Positions 11,541-22,479 of a stretch of DNA of 26,093 nucleotides are shown in pieces. Made by a program: the position numbers and the translations under genes. Under the pieces are notes generated by a model. It saw nothing but the letters and a program-made list of their open reading frames with translations. It was not told where the DNA came from and searched no databases. Each line of letters opens with the position of its first letter. Position 1 is the first letter of the stretch. Source of the stretch: Ginkgo biloba (taxonomy: Eukaryota; Plantae; Ginkgophyta); NCBI GenBank assembly GCA_024626585.2, contig JANKJI020000002.1:142462087-142488179 (forward strand). Reading direction: 5' to 3'.

Positions 11541-13653
11541 AAAGTTTTGAGCAAGTTGTCTTGTTGTTGAGGGGTCTAAATGACATCTAAGAGACTTATA
11601 TTTGTTGGGTAGTGTTACGGGTCCTTGACGATGTCATACGATTCATAAGGCTAGTGATACGAGTTTGTAGAAGTGCTATCCAACTTGGTTTTCCACTTAG
11701 AAGCCAACTGGGCTACATTTTGTACCACGGGAATGACAGTTTTTCCCCTTAATGTACTTTGCAAGAGTAATGGAATTGGAAGGTTGTTAAGCATTTCTAA
11801 TTGATTGAGATCAAGTTTGCACAACGCCCTTAGCGTTGTCATCATTATCACTCAAATATTAGATCCCACCTCCTACTTGAGAGAAGGATGTGTCTTCAGT
11901 AGGAAATGGGTTAGTAAAAACGCCCATCTGTCAATTAGGGGATTCAAAAGGTAATGATTGCTAGATAATGAGTTCATATTGTTATATAAATTACGGTCTT
12001 TCACACTAGGAATTACATAGAAATCACACCACATCTGAGTTCTTTGAATAGAAGAGTTTCCAAGTGAAAACTAAGAGCAAGCTACTAGTGAGCTAGTAGA
12101 TGGCTCCTCTAAAGTAGTAAGAGGTGCTTGATTTTGTGGACATGAGAAGAGGTGGACTGGCAGTGATGACTCAACCATCCTCCTCCTCATTGTGATGATC
12201 TCATTAAAGAGGTTTTGAACTACCCTAGCAACTAAGATTCGGACAATGTGGCACTAGGTGGAGTTTTGGGACAGACCAATGGAAGTAAGGAACTAGAATC
12301 TGATGAAGCCATCTTGGGAATCTTACTACTTCTTTGTAGTCTTTCTGCATATCGCCGGCATGCATGAATTGTTGCCTATAAGATGTCTCTAGGAGTTTCC
12401 TCAATTGTAAATTTATAATTAGGGGGTGAGTCTATTATAGTAGTAAACACGACACATTGTGTCATTCTGCACATGTGAGGATGAAATAACATCCTTTAGT
12501 TTGATAAATTTGGCGTTAAACTCCTTCACTAATTCGCCAAGGAGATAAATTGATGTTGTTAAAAGCCTTAAGCACCTTAGCAGCATTAACTTCAATGGCA
12601 TGCTACCTTGTGAAAGTAGTGCTCAAGTCACCCTAAGTAGAGATTATGAACTAGGGAGGGATCAATACCATTTGATAACATCACCAATAAGAGTTTGACA
12701 GAATAGTTTCATGACGATCTTTTTTTAAGAAACTCCTAGGATAATATAGGCTTTGGGGTAAGTATGTATGTGGTCATTTAGGTTTCCATTTGCCCCACTG
12801 GAATACTTAGGCAGTGGGATCAAGATGGCAGGCAATGGCACTTATTGGGAATCATGTCGAAGTGAATTAGGGCTAGCCATGGGGCTACCATGATGGGGCA
12901 ATGAGTCATCTAGTTCGATTCAATAGTGAGTTCATAGGTTAGGGAGCAAGTCCATGAACTCATCTCGACTTCCTAGGGGCACTAGACTTCTAGTGCAGAG
13001 TTACTTAACATCCAAGACTAGGAAGAAGTACTCTAGGCTACTCCCTAATATGGTTGCCAAGTAATGTTGATGGCAAAAGGGTTGCGATGTAAATCTCTCG
13101 AGCAACATCACATTTAGGTCATTGGATTAGATTTCCTATAATGACACTCTAGAGAGGGGATCCAATTGAGATGTTGGACCAATGAGGTGGGATGCACATC
13201 TGAGGTGCTATGAAAAACAAGAAAAATGTGTCATTGAAGAATTTAACTCCTAAGGAATGACCTAATAATTAGATAGTTGACAAGGGCATGAAATAGAAAT
13301 CCTAAAGGGAGAACCACTAGGTTTGCCTGAAGTGGATTTGGCCCATGTTAATTTTGGGGTGAAGTAGTGTTGTCAATCATCATTTATTTTAACGGATGAC
13401 TCCTATAGTGAAATGTTTGTTTCGCATTATTTCAAATGATTAATCTAAACAATAAAAGAAATATGAAGGGTTTCACATTGCATAGCTAATATGTCATGTT
13501 GTAGTTTAGTGTGATGAAACTATTAACATTAAAAATGTGATTTGTTTTTTGTTGCAAGGATAGTATAAAAAGTTTGCAAGCATATTTTAGGTTTGATGTA
13601 TGACAACATGGAAAAATTTAAATTGAATAATGGTATTGAACAACGACGAAGCC

Positions 13654-16540
13654 TTTTTTTTTTTGAAAAATACGTCTTAAATTTAAATGAACATATTTAA
13701 AATCAGTTAAATACAGTGTGGAAGGGTATATGCAATGGACATCATATCCTCTTTCATAATGCTACTAGAGCTAAGGTAAAATTTAAATAAGATGTCATCT
13801 TAAAATATTAGGCATATTTGATCAACATGGCTCCCTTAGCTAGGATCTAGTGGCATACCTCATCATGCCACATGGTATAGAAAGAAAATATAGAACTAGT
13901 GTCATGTTAAAAAATGGACTTACACCTGATCTTCTAGAGAATGAATAAGGTTGAGATCCTTAAGCACTACCATATCCTAATGAAGGTAGCATAAACTAAA
14001 GAGCGACAAGCTCTAAATAAGATGGCACACCAATGAATCCTACCCTACAAAAGAACTGAGTAATGATCTCGGAGGTGCTTACAGTAGTTATTATCATAAT
14101 AGAACTCCTAAGAAATATCCTTTACCATCTTTGAACAGTGATAAACAATGCAATGGCCATTAGAGAGCCAACTTTTGGCTAGCCAAGCCTTGGATGGGAT
14201 CCCCTAATACATGACTAGCTAGGAAAAAACTCTTAGCTTATAAGATTGTCGAACAAACCAATTTCTATGGAGTCTTCATACCCATATGTCCTCTAAGTTA
14301 GGTGACACCCATATCATATTGAGAACTAGGGAAAGTAGGTGACTATGGTATAGAACTAAATAAAGGTGTCAAGAGTCATACTACAATAAAGGCCATCCAA
14401 AGCTCCATCCCCAATCCTTCCAAAATGGATTGGGAATCCCTATATTCATTTTGAATATTTCTTCCTATAGGATAGTACCTCTTAAATATATAACTAACAG
14501 GAAGTTAGGAGCACTCAGACCATACTCTTTAGCTAGAGCATGTCAATCCTTTTAGGAGAATGTGGATACATACCATAAATTCCCATAGAAGAAGATGTCT
14601 TTCCTACTCAATCTGTGAACTTGAAAGAAAGGCATATTTATAATACACCTTCCCTATATCCTCTAACTCTAAATGGGATGTAATGCTAGATCCCAACCAT
14701 CCATGCCACCCTCCCAATTCTAGTAAACCAAACCTACAATGACTTTCTAGGTCGACCATATGCTCCTGAAAATTAGTGAGCCTGAGACATAAAACATGTG
14801 GGGGGGGGAAATCATATCACATAGATCAAATGATCCTCACACCCTACCTATATGTTTTTATTTATCATCCTATGATGAAATAGGACCTACCAGGAAGTAG
14901 CTACCTGTATATATCTCACCACCTATTTGGCCACAAGAACACTACCTTGAGTGGTGACATCAATCAAGACAAGCCCTCCTTTATCCTTGGATGTAGTACA
15001 TACATCCCACAAAACCATAGTAAGGCCCCTCTCTCCACCATAATGGGACCATAAGTATGACTATAAAATTTTCTCTAGTCATTAAAATTGAGTCCTACTA
15101 GGGAAAAAATAAGAGATATAGTATATATATGAAGCTTGAAGGATATGCCCATCCACTATCATCTTTTTAGAAAATGGGAGGTCCTTATGATACCAAACAA
15201 AGAGTTTTCTCTAAATCCTCTCGAGACACCAATACCACATTACCACTGTAGATAGCCCCACTCCAAAAGGGATACCCAAATATCTTATAATCACCTAGGG
15301 ATGAATATATATCTAAGCTATAAGAATCCAATCTGGAAAAGAGTCCAATCCAACCAACCAAAACTCTATTTTATGATCGCTAAACATAGAACCTAAAGAA
15401 ACATAGAAGGTATCTAAAAAGGTAATATCCCCATCAACTGAGTATCACTCATCACTCATAAAGAGGAGAGAGTCATATATAAAGTGGTTATTAACCATCT
15501 AGAAGAAGAATTCCCCACACTTATCCTTGAATATGGGTAGCCTCCAGGAAATAACCTAAGGCATTCACTATTATAACATATAAATACAGGGCCAAGGGGA
15601 ACCCCTGGCAGATAGATTAATGTAAATAAATTTATCAAGATAGGGAATATTTGACTGAGACAAAGGATGACACATTAATGAAGAGAGTGTTCACCATTGT
15701 AACACACCTTAGACCAAAACCCAAACACATTGGCATCTTAGAGATAAAGGATCAATCTACCTGATCATAATCTCTGTCAAAATTAATCATTAAAAAAATG
15801 GACTATTGATCACTCTCATGGGTCCACTCCAAATCCTTCCTTGCTAAAATCACCATGTCAAGAATTAATCACCCTTAAACAAATCCCATCTATTTCTGCT
15901 AAACTACATTCTGCTCCACCAAACAGATCCTCAAGGCCATTTCGTTGGCCATAATTTTGTAAGAAAAATTGAGAAGGGTGATAGGCCTTCATCTCCTTAT
16001 GGTATCTCTAGCATCATTCTTGGGAATAATCTTGATTAGGCCCTAGTTGAGAAACTTGGATAGTCTACTAGAAGAAAATAAAATACCTCAGATGCCAAAT
16101 AGAAAAATTCATCACCAATGGTGTCCTACATGGCCTTGTACAATTCATAAGGAAGTCCATCCATACCTAGTGACTTGGAATTATTCATTGAGGTAAGAGC
16201 TATAAAAATATCCTATTTTGAGAGGTCATTATCTAGTTTGTTCTTCTCTCCACTAGACACTTTGTGTGGGATGGCCCAACAATAAACATTCCTAGAATAC
16301 ACCACTTGATCTGTCAAAGCATAGGGAGAAAAAATATTTTGGAAATGAAGCCCAAACATTTCCTTAAGTTTAGTAAGATATTTTACAAGTAACTCATCTT
16401 CCCTATGTATCCCAAGCACCCTATCTGCAACTGCTTTCTACTTTAGGAAGTGAAAGAAAATTTTAGAAACTTCATCGCCATCCTGAAGACATTATAGTCT
16501 AGAGTGGATCTAGGCTCCCTTGGAAATGTATTCCTTTCCT
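13654..16540 (-). mobile_element. 5'-truncated L1-type LINE, degenerate ORF2 (RT and C-terminal region; endonuclease absent)
   Basis: KGA*IHSRL*CLQDGDEVSKIFFHF, SMNNSKSLGMDGLPYELY, RPITLLNFSYKIMA, SICQGVPLGP, a KYLG-like motif at ~15280 and a Trp/Cys-rich C-terminus at ~14000-14450. T11 at 13654-13664 is a possible poly(A) remnant (uncertain). Confidence 0.88.
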
Positions 16541-16546
16541 TTGCAG

Positions 16547-17556
16547 ACAGTCATCTCCAACTTTGCAACAGCCCTCACTTCAGCACTGTGGTGCTTCATC
16601 TATGAATCCTACATTATTGCAGAATCCTCAACAGCAGCAATCAAATCTATCTCAGACCTCTGGACAAAGTTCACAGGTTGTTGGTCAATCAAAGACACAA
16701 CAACAAAATCAGATACAAAAACAGCAGCAACAACAGACTAAAGTGTCAAAAGGCTTGGGAAGGGATGGTGTGTTATTGCAAAACACATCTCCACAGCCTG
16801 GTCAAGTTAATGGGCTTCAAGTGGTGCCTGGAAATTCGCTCTCCCCACAAATGCAAGCACAACAGGTAGTGCATTCTGGTACTGGTCAAAAGATGTTTCC
16901 TGGTCTAGGTTTGCATCAGTTGGGAAAACAAATGCCACAATCAGTGATGACAGGGAAACAAGGCCAATTGCATGGGCAAGGATCTGGACATGAACCTGTA
17001 AGTTTGTCTCATGTCTCAACAACCCTTTGTCAGCAACAGAAGGGATTTTCACAGCAGTCATCATCAAAACAGCAAACTTCTCAAGGTTCTTCTCAGCAGC
17101 AAATACCTTCTACATCAGCAACAAGTCATCAAGTTCTGGTGCCTTCTCCACCCTCTGCACAGCAGATGCAGATGCATGCATCTGAACAGCAAACATCATC
17201 TATTCCTACTCCTCTATTAGCTTCATCATCCCAGCAACAACAGAGGTCGATGCAATCCCAACATGCTGCCCAGCGAAGACTACCACAACGTCAATCAGGT
17301 TCTGCTGTTGGACTACAGGCTCCCCCCCAGCTTGGTAAGGATTGTATGCAACAGCAAAGCCAGGTTACATCCCAACTGCCATGTCAACCAGGACATAGTA
17401 NNNNNNNNNNNNNNNNNNNNNNNNNNNNNNNNNNNNNNNNNNNNNNNNNNNNNNNNNNNNNNNNNNNNNNNNNNNNNNNNNNNNNNNNNNNNNNNNNNNN
17501 GGCATCTCTGCTATACACCTGCCTTGAATCCTCCAACTCCAAATGGGGTGCCTTAA
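16547..17556 (+). CDS. EAF1: Q/S-rich exon or gene fragment resembling the C-terminal region of plant EAF1 (NuA4 platform subunit)
   Basis: The frame is open from ~16547 to the gap at 17401, with roughly 70 Gln codons. QQQQQTKVSKGLGR..QN..QVNGL..PGN..QK...SSKQ resembles my recollection of angiosperm EAF1 QQAKLLKGMGRGN..HQN..LNGL..PGN. It is preceded by ttcctttcctttgcag (acceptor-like). After the gap: HLCYTPALNPPTPNGVP*. The gene name comes from recalled motifs, not a search. Confidence 0.6.
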
Positions 17557-17919
17557 AGCAATTCAATCAAAAAATTAAATGTTTGATTTAATTAAAAATC
17601 AAGATTTAAAAATGAAAACATTAAATAGGAAGACATAAATTAAACGAATGAATTATCCAATACATCACATACATGAAGGAACACTATTGCCACTAAAAAG
17701 TTGGCTTATCATTCCTTTGGCNNNNNNNNNNNNNNNNNNNNNNNNNNNNNNNNNNNNNNNNNNNNNNNNNNNNNNNAATCACGGTGAAGCAAATAAATAC
17801 ACAAATAAGCATGAATTGGGAAAAAAAGGAGCACATAAGGGAATTATAATGTGGTGAATAATGAAGGAAGGTCAAAATAAATAGCAACAAGTTGATGTTA
17901 TAAGGTAAAAGGTTGGTAG

Positions 17920-19774
17920 AAGACGAAACTAGAGAGACTTAGGAACCCTAACTGGAGGTGGAAGGCGGAGACTCTGCAACTCAGATAGAACTCGATTTTC
18001 AAAATCTTCTAAGAGAGATTGTCCCTCACCGTTGTTGGATCTCCATTGTTGGTTTCTTCCATGCTCCTACTGTTGCAGAGCCCCCTTTCAGGACTCCCAA
18101 ACTTCGGTTGGAAACAAAAAGGGCGTTGCATTCTCCAAAGCTCCTACATGTAACTCCAAACTCAACCCCTCCAAATGATCATTTATTAAGAGGAAGGAAC
18201 AAACCCCCTCTCTGAAGGTACATTCCACCATTACTAATCATGATTTGAAAAAGTTAAAGCAAAGCACTCTAACTTGTAAATTCCCTAACATATGGCCTAC
18301 CCCCAAGGCCCTCCAAACCTGAGTTGATTCCAACCGGACCCCACATGTGCAAGGAGAAATTGATCTCTCATCTGTGGGAGAGGCTATTTTCTATCTATTT
18401 TTAGCAGCAACAAAGATAGGGACACTATATTCGATAAAGGACCATGGTTTGCAAGGTCTTTAGGGCTCTGTTTAAATCATTGGCACGAGAACTTTGAACC
18501 TACTAAAGAAATTCACAAGCGAATACTAGTTTGTATCAGGCTTCTCTTTCTTCCCCGGCATCTCTGGAATGAAGAGGTCATGCAAGCCATAGGCAACAAT
18601 TTAGGAGAATACATTAAGATATCAGAAAGAACCAAGTCTTGACTCTTGGCAGACTATGCCCGCATTTGTGTGAAGCTTAACTTGGATGAGGGCCTCCAGG
18701 ATTCCATTCTGCTAGAGGTTAACGATTCATTGTCCATCAAACAAAAGCTTGACTATGAATGCCTCCTGTTCAACTGCAGTCGCTGTCATGACTATGGTTA
18801 TTTTGCACAATCAAACCATCCATTCTCCAAAGGAAGAGTGCTCCTAGGTTAGAAGACAAAGAAATCGCTCCAAAAGACCTCCCAAAATCCATGACATTCA
18901 AGACAATCAACAACAAACCACTCATCCAAACTACTATGATGCTTTAATCATATAAGGGCAGGAATCAAATCATCTCACCACTAGGCAACCCTCTTCATCG
19001 AATGTGATCCCTAACCATTCGATTCACCAAGTATTAAATTCGATGGAAGAAACAGGGGAGTTATGTTTTACACAACAGCCCATTAAAGATTCAACGCTCA
19101 ATCCACCAAATACCCTGCAAACATCTCCATCATTAGAGGTGCAAGACCAGGACAAACAGTAACCTAAACAGTAAGAAGACAACTCTAAGCACTCAAAGTA
19201 GACCGATAACTATCAGATTAAAGTAATAACTTTGACTCAAAACAGAGACAAATCCATCCCATTGGAAATAGGGGAGGTTCGTTTTGAACAACAACCCACC
19301 AAAGATGCAACGCACAAATCACCAATTCAAATTACAAATAGCACATGAGCATCTCCATCAATAGAGGGGCAAGTCCAGAACAAACATAAATCTAATCAAT
19401 CGGAAGGCAGATCTAAGCATTCAAAGTAGAATGTTAACTCTCAGATCAAAGTAGTAACCTTGGCTCAAAACAAAACAAATCAAATTTCAAAGAATTTGCC
19501 ACAGACNNNNNNNNNNGGTCGCTGACAAAGCTTCAAACATAGTCATTGAAGATGATCAACTAGAGCTAACAAGCGAGCACAAGAACATTCTAATGGATCC
19601 ACAAGCCATTCAATGTGACATGGACATTGGAAGAAGCAAGAAAGAAAATCAAAATCAAAATTGTGAACTGTTAAAGACAAGGGCGCGATAGATACAGGCA
19701 ACCAACTACGCATCGACAAGATGGAGCTAGCAAATCATAATCATTCTGTAAGATGAACCTCCTCTAATGGATCA
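17920..19774 (+). mobile_element. L1-type LINE 5' part: 5'UTR, degenerate ORF1 (DUF4283 + CCHC zinc knuckle), probable ORF2 start
   Basis: LTCKFPNIWPTPKALQT*VDSN, DRDTIFDKGPWF..LNHWHENFEP, IRLLFLPRHLW..AIGNNLGEYI..YARICVKLNL..LDYE..CSRCHDYGYF. TAA at 19749 is followed by ATG at 19753, MNLL*W, resembling the MxxLSWN endonuclease start, before the gap. Confidence 0.9.
19049..19481 (+). repeat. Diverged tandem duplication (216-nt offset) in the C-terminal part of LINE ORF1
   Basis: gaaacaggggag..catctccatca..tctaagcactcaaagtag..ctcaaaacagagacaaatc (19049-19254) versus gaaataggggag..catctccatca..tctaagcattcaaagtag..ctcaaaacaaaacaaatc (19265-19481). Confidence 0.88.
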
Positions 19775-21419
19775 NNNNNNNNNNNNNNNNNNNNNNNNNN
19801 NNNNNNNNNNNNNNNNNNNNNNNNNNNNNNNNNNNNNNNNNNNNNNNNNNNNNNNNNNNNNNNNNNNNNNNNNNNNNNNNNNNNNNNNNNNNNNNNNNNN
19901 NNNNNNNNNNNNNNNNNNNNNNNNNNNNNNNNNNNNNNNNNNNNNNNNNNNNNNNNNNNNNNNNNNNNNNNNNNNNNNNNNNNNNNNNNNNNNNNNNNNN
20001 NNNNNNNNNNNNNNNNNNNNNNNNNNNNNNNNNNNNNNNNNNNNNNNNNNNNNNNNNNNNNNNNNNNNNNNNNNNNNNNNNNNNNNNNNNNNNNNNNNNN
20101 NNNNNNNNNNNNNNNNNNNNNNNNNNNNNNNNNNNNNNNNNNNNNNNNNNNNNNNNNNNNNNNNNNNNNNNNNNNNNNNNNNNNNNNNNNNNNNNNNNNN
20201 NNNNNNNNNNNNNNNNNNNNNNNNNNNNNNNNNNNNNNNNNNNNNNNNNNNNNNNNNNNNNNNNNNNNNNNNNNNNNNNNNNNNNNNNNNNNNNNNNNNN
20301 NNNNNNNNNNNNNNNNNNNNNNNNNNNNNNNNNNNNNNNNNNNNNNNNNNNNNNNNNNNNNNNNNNNNNNNNNNNNNNNNNNNNNNNNNNNNNNNNNNNN
20401 NNNNNNNNNNNNNNNNNNNNNNNNNNNNNNNNNNNNNNNNNNNNNNNNNNNNNNNNNNNNNNNNNNNNNNNNNNNNNNNNNNNNNNNNNNNNNNNNNNNN
20501 NNNNNNNNNNNNNNNNNNNNNNNNNNNNNNNNNNNNNNNNNNNNNNNNNNNNNNNNNNNNNNNNNNNNNNNATAAGAAAGGCAAAAGTTACTCTAAATAA
20601 TGGATTATTGCTATGCATACATCCTCTCCCCTTGATTCGTCTGATCTAATGGGCGAATTTTGAATGCATTGGAATAGTTGGATTGGTTAAACGCTTGTAG
20701 GAACTACTTCCTGTTTTGAATATCACAACCTTAACTATAATATTTTAATCAAATGGTTAGTCAAGGATCACATGTAGCATATTAGGACCAAGATCTAGTA
20801 TTTCAAGAGCTAAGAGGCTTAGATGCACGGTTTGGGCTCAATGGTGGAGGATTAACATGCCAATGCAAGAAGGGTTCATCTTCATGAACCCAAACGAAGG
20901 CTGGAATAGAGCAAGGCAACCTAGGAACACAACAAATTTAATAATAATGAAGAAGAGGACGGGGCAAGCCCTCTATCCTGAGCAGATAAACATAATGATC
21001 ACTAATGAATCAAATAATAATAATGAACAATAACATAAATGCTAGCACGTGTTATGTCGTTCAACTGTCGTGTAACCACTACCCCCTTGATGGATATGAG
21101 GTTTTAATCCATGCACAAAATGGTATAGAATTGAACATTGAAGAGATTAGTTGGCAATAACAAAAAGATGAGGTGCCTACTTTCAATAAGGGTCTATCAA
21201 TACAAGTCAAGTGTACATTGGGGGGCAAGCCGACCATCATGAATGATAACCTAGAGAGTACCCATTTTTTTTTTCAGATTTTTATGGTTTTTAGCATTTT
21301 CAACCTTTTATAGATTTTTTACTCTCTTTTGTCTTTTTATGGATTTTGGCATTATTACTTGATCGCTACCATATTGAAAAGCATGTATAGTACAAGGCTC
21401 CACCTACAAAGGTTGATCA

Positions 21420-22430
21420 CTTGATACAGCTTCATATGACTCCCATTTTCCAATTTAGGTAACACTTTGTCGTCCAACTGTAGTAGCTATACCAAACCAT
21501 CTCATTCACATGCCAAACAATGTAGGGGCCCAAGCCAATGCATCTTGAACTTGCAAGACTTGGTGTGAAAGTTACTATCATATATATGAAATGTGGAGGC
21601 CTGTATGTGGCGATCATGACATGATTTTTGTCACTACTTTTCCATTTACAATGTCCAAAAGGCTAATGCACGATGCTATTCCAAGTAAAGGAGTTGTTGT
21701 AAATGTTGAGTTATGGATTCTTCGTCACCTGGCCAGCACTCCAAGGCAACTCGTAGGCTAGCTACCTCAAATTTGATCAAAATTATTGCTTCTAAAGCAT
21801 AAACCAACTGAAATGGTGTCTCCCACCCAGTACGCTTTGGGTGGTGCAAAATGCTCCCAATATTGAATGAGGTTTAGGCCTATTTGACGCATCCAACATC
21901 GCAAATCTTTGTGAGTGTTGCTTCCAATATCTTGTTGGAACATTCATCTTGGCCATTCTACCATGGATACTATTGTGTGGACTTCCGATACGTAAACAAA
22001 AATTCATCAATTAGTTCCTTCACAACAACATCGTTGAGAAAGCCTCCACCCTAATCACTTGTTAATTGTAGAGGATAGCCAAAACCTATAATTATCATTT
22101 CCTATAAGAATTGTGCCATGGTTTTCGCATCTTGCTTGCATGTTGGGCGAGCTTCACACCATTTGGTTACAAATACATATTTGAGTTTGTAAACTTATTC
22201 TTTCCATGATATCAAGAATTTTTATTGCTGGGNNNNNNNNNNNNNNNNNNNNNNNNNNNNNNNNNNNNNNNNNNNNNNNNNNNNNNNNNNNNNNNNNNNN
22301 NCATTCAAGATTGGTTGGACCACATTCTTTGCATATGTTTTTCTCCAATGAATAATTCTATAGATTGTGACCCAACGCAAACAAATATATGACAATGTAT
22401 TACTTTGGCGGTCATCCCATATGTTTTGTA
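21420..22430 (-). pseudogene. Non-chromovirus Ty3/gypsy integrase (degenerate)
   Basis: VTKWCEARPT..DAKTMAQFL..FGYPLQLTSD*G..RKST..YP..NGQDECSNK..ETPFQLVYALEA..KFKMHWLGPY..NGSHMKLY. H2C2 remnants TAKVI/WVTIY/CKECGP at ~22310-22420. Confidence 0.88.
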
Positions 22431-22479
22431 TTATACGCAAGGTTTGTGGTAGGAGGTTTTTTAGGAATACAGGTTGCAC

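Larger units (their letters stand above)
5368..12850 (-). mobile_element. Degenerate Ty3/gypsy Tat-lineage (TatII-like) gag-pol: GAG-PR-aRH-RT-RH-INT
   Basis: Gag KLFCQTLIGDVIKWY..GELVKEFNAKF (~12400-12850). PR CLLDTKASHNI (~11410) and CLVDTRVAYNV/FGRPWI (~9270-9510). aRH ~8750-9014 and ~10680-10940. RT IKIYFDDLTI (~7580-7610). RH ~6700-7250. INT H2C2 ~6200-6500. INT end DGQFVKKHYT* at 5368. Confidence 0.92.
17649..21063 (+). repeat. LTR-like dispersed repeat, copy 2 (17649-17919 and 20572-21063), interrupted by a LINE
   Basis: Homologous to 3381-3641 and 4137-4642. TATAAG at 17899. AT-rich 17557-17648 is probably a further part of it. Confidence 0.75.

Noticed and set aside
16520-17220. Alternative-frame and antisense ORFs overlapping the Q-rich exon
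   Set aside because: Shadow ORFs of low-complexity coding sequence.
19764-20618. Three ORFs of 270-284 aa
   Set aside because: They span an N gap and carry no sequence information.
21075-21090. Minus-strand AAGGGGGTAG as PPT of the gag-INT element, with repeat copy 2 as its 3' LTR
   Set aside because: The downstream sequence shows no similarity to the putative 5' LTR at 24100-24900; unresolved, so not called.
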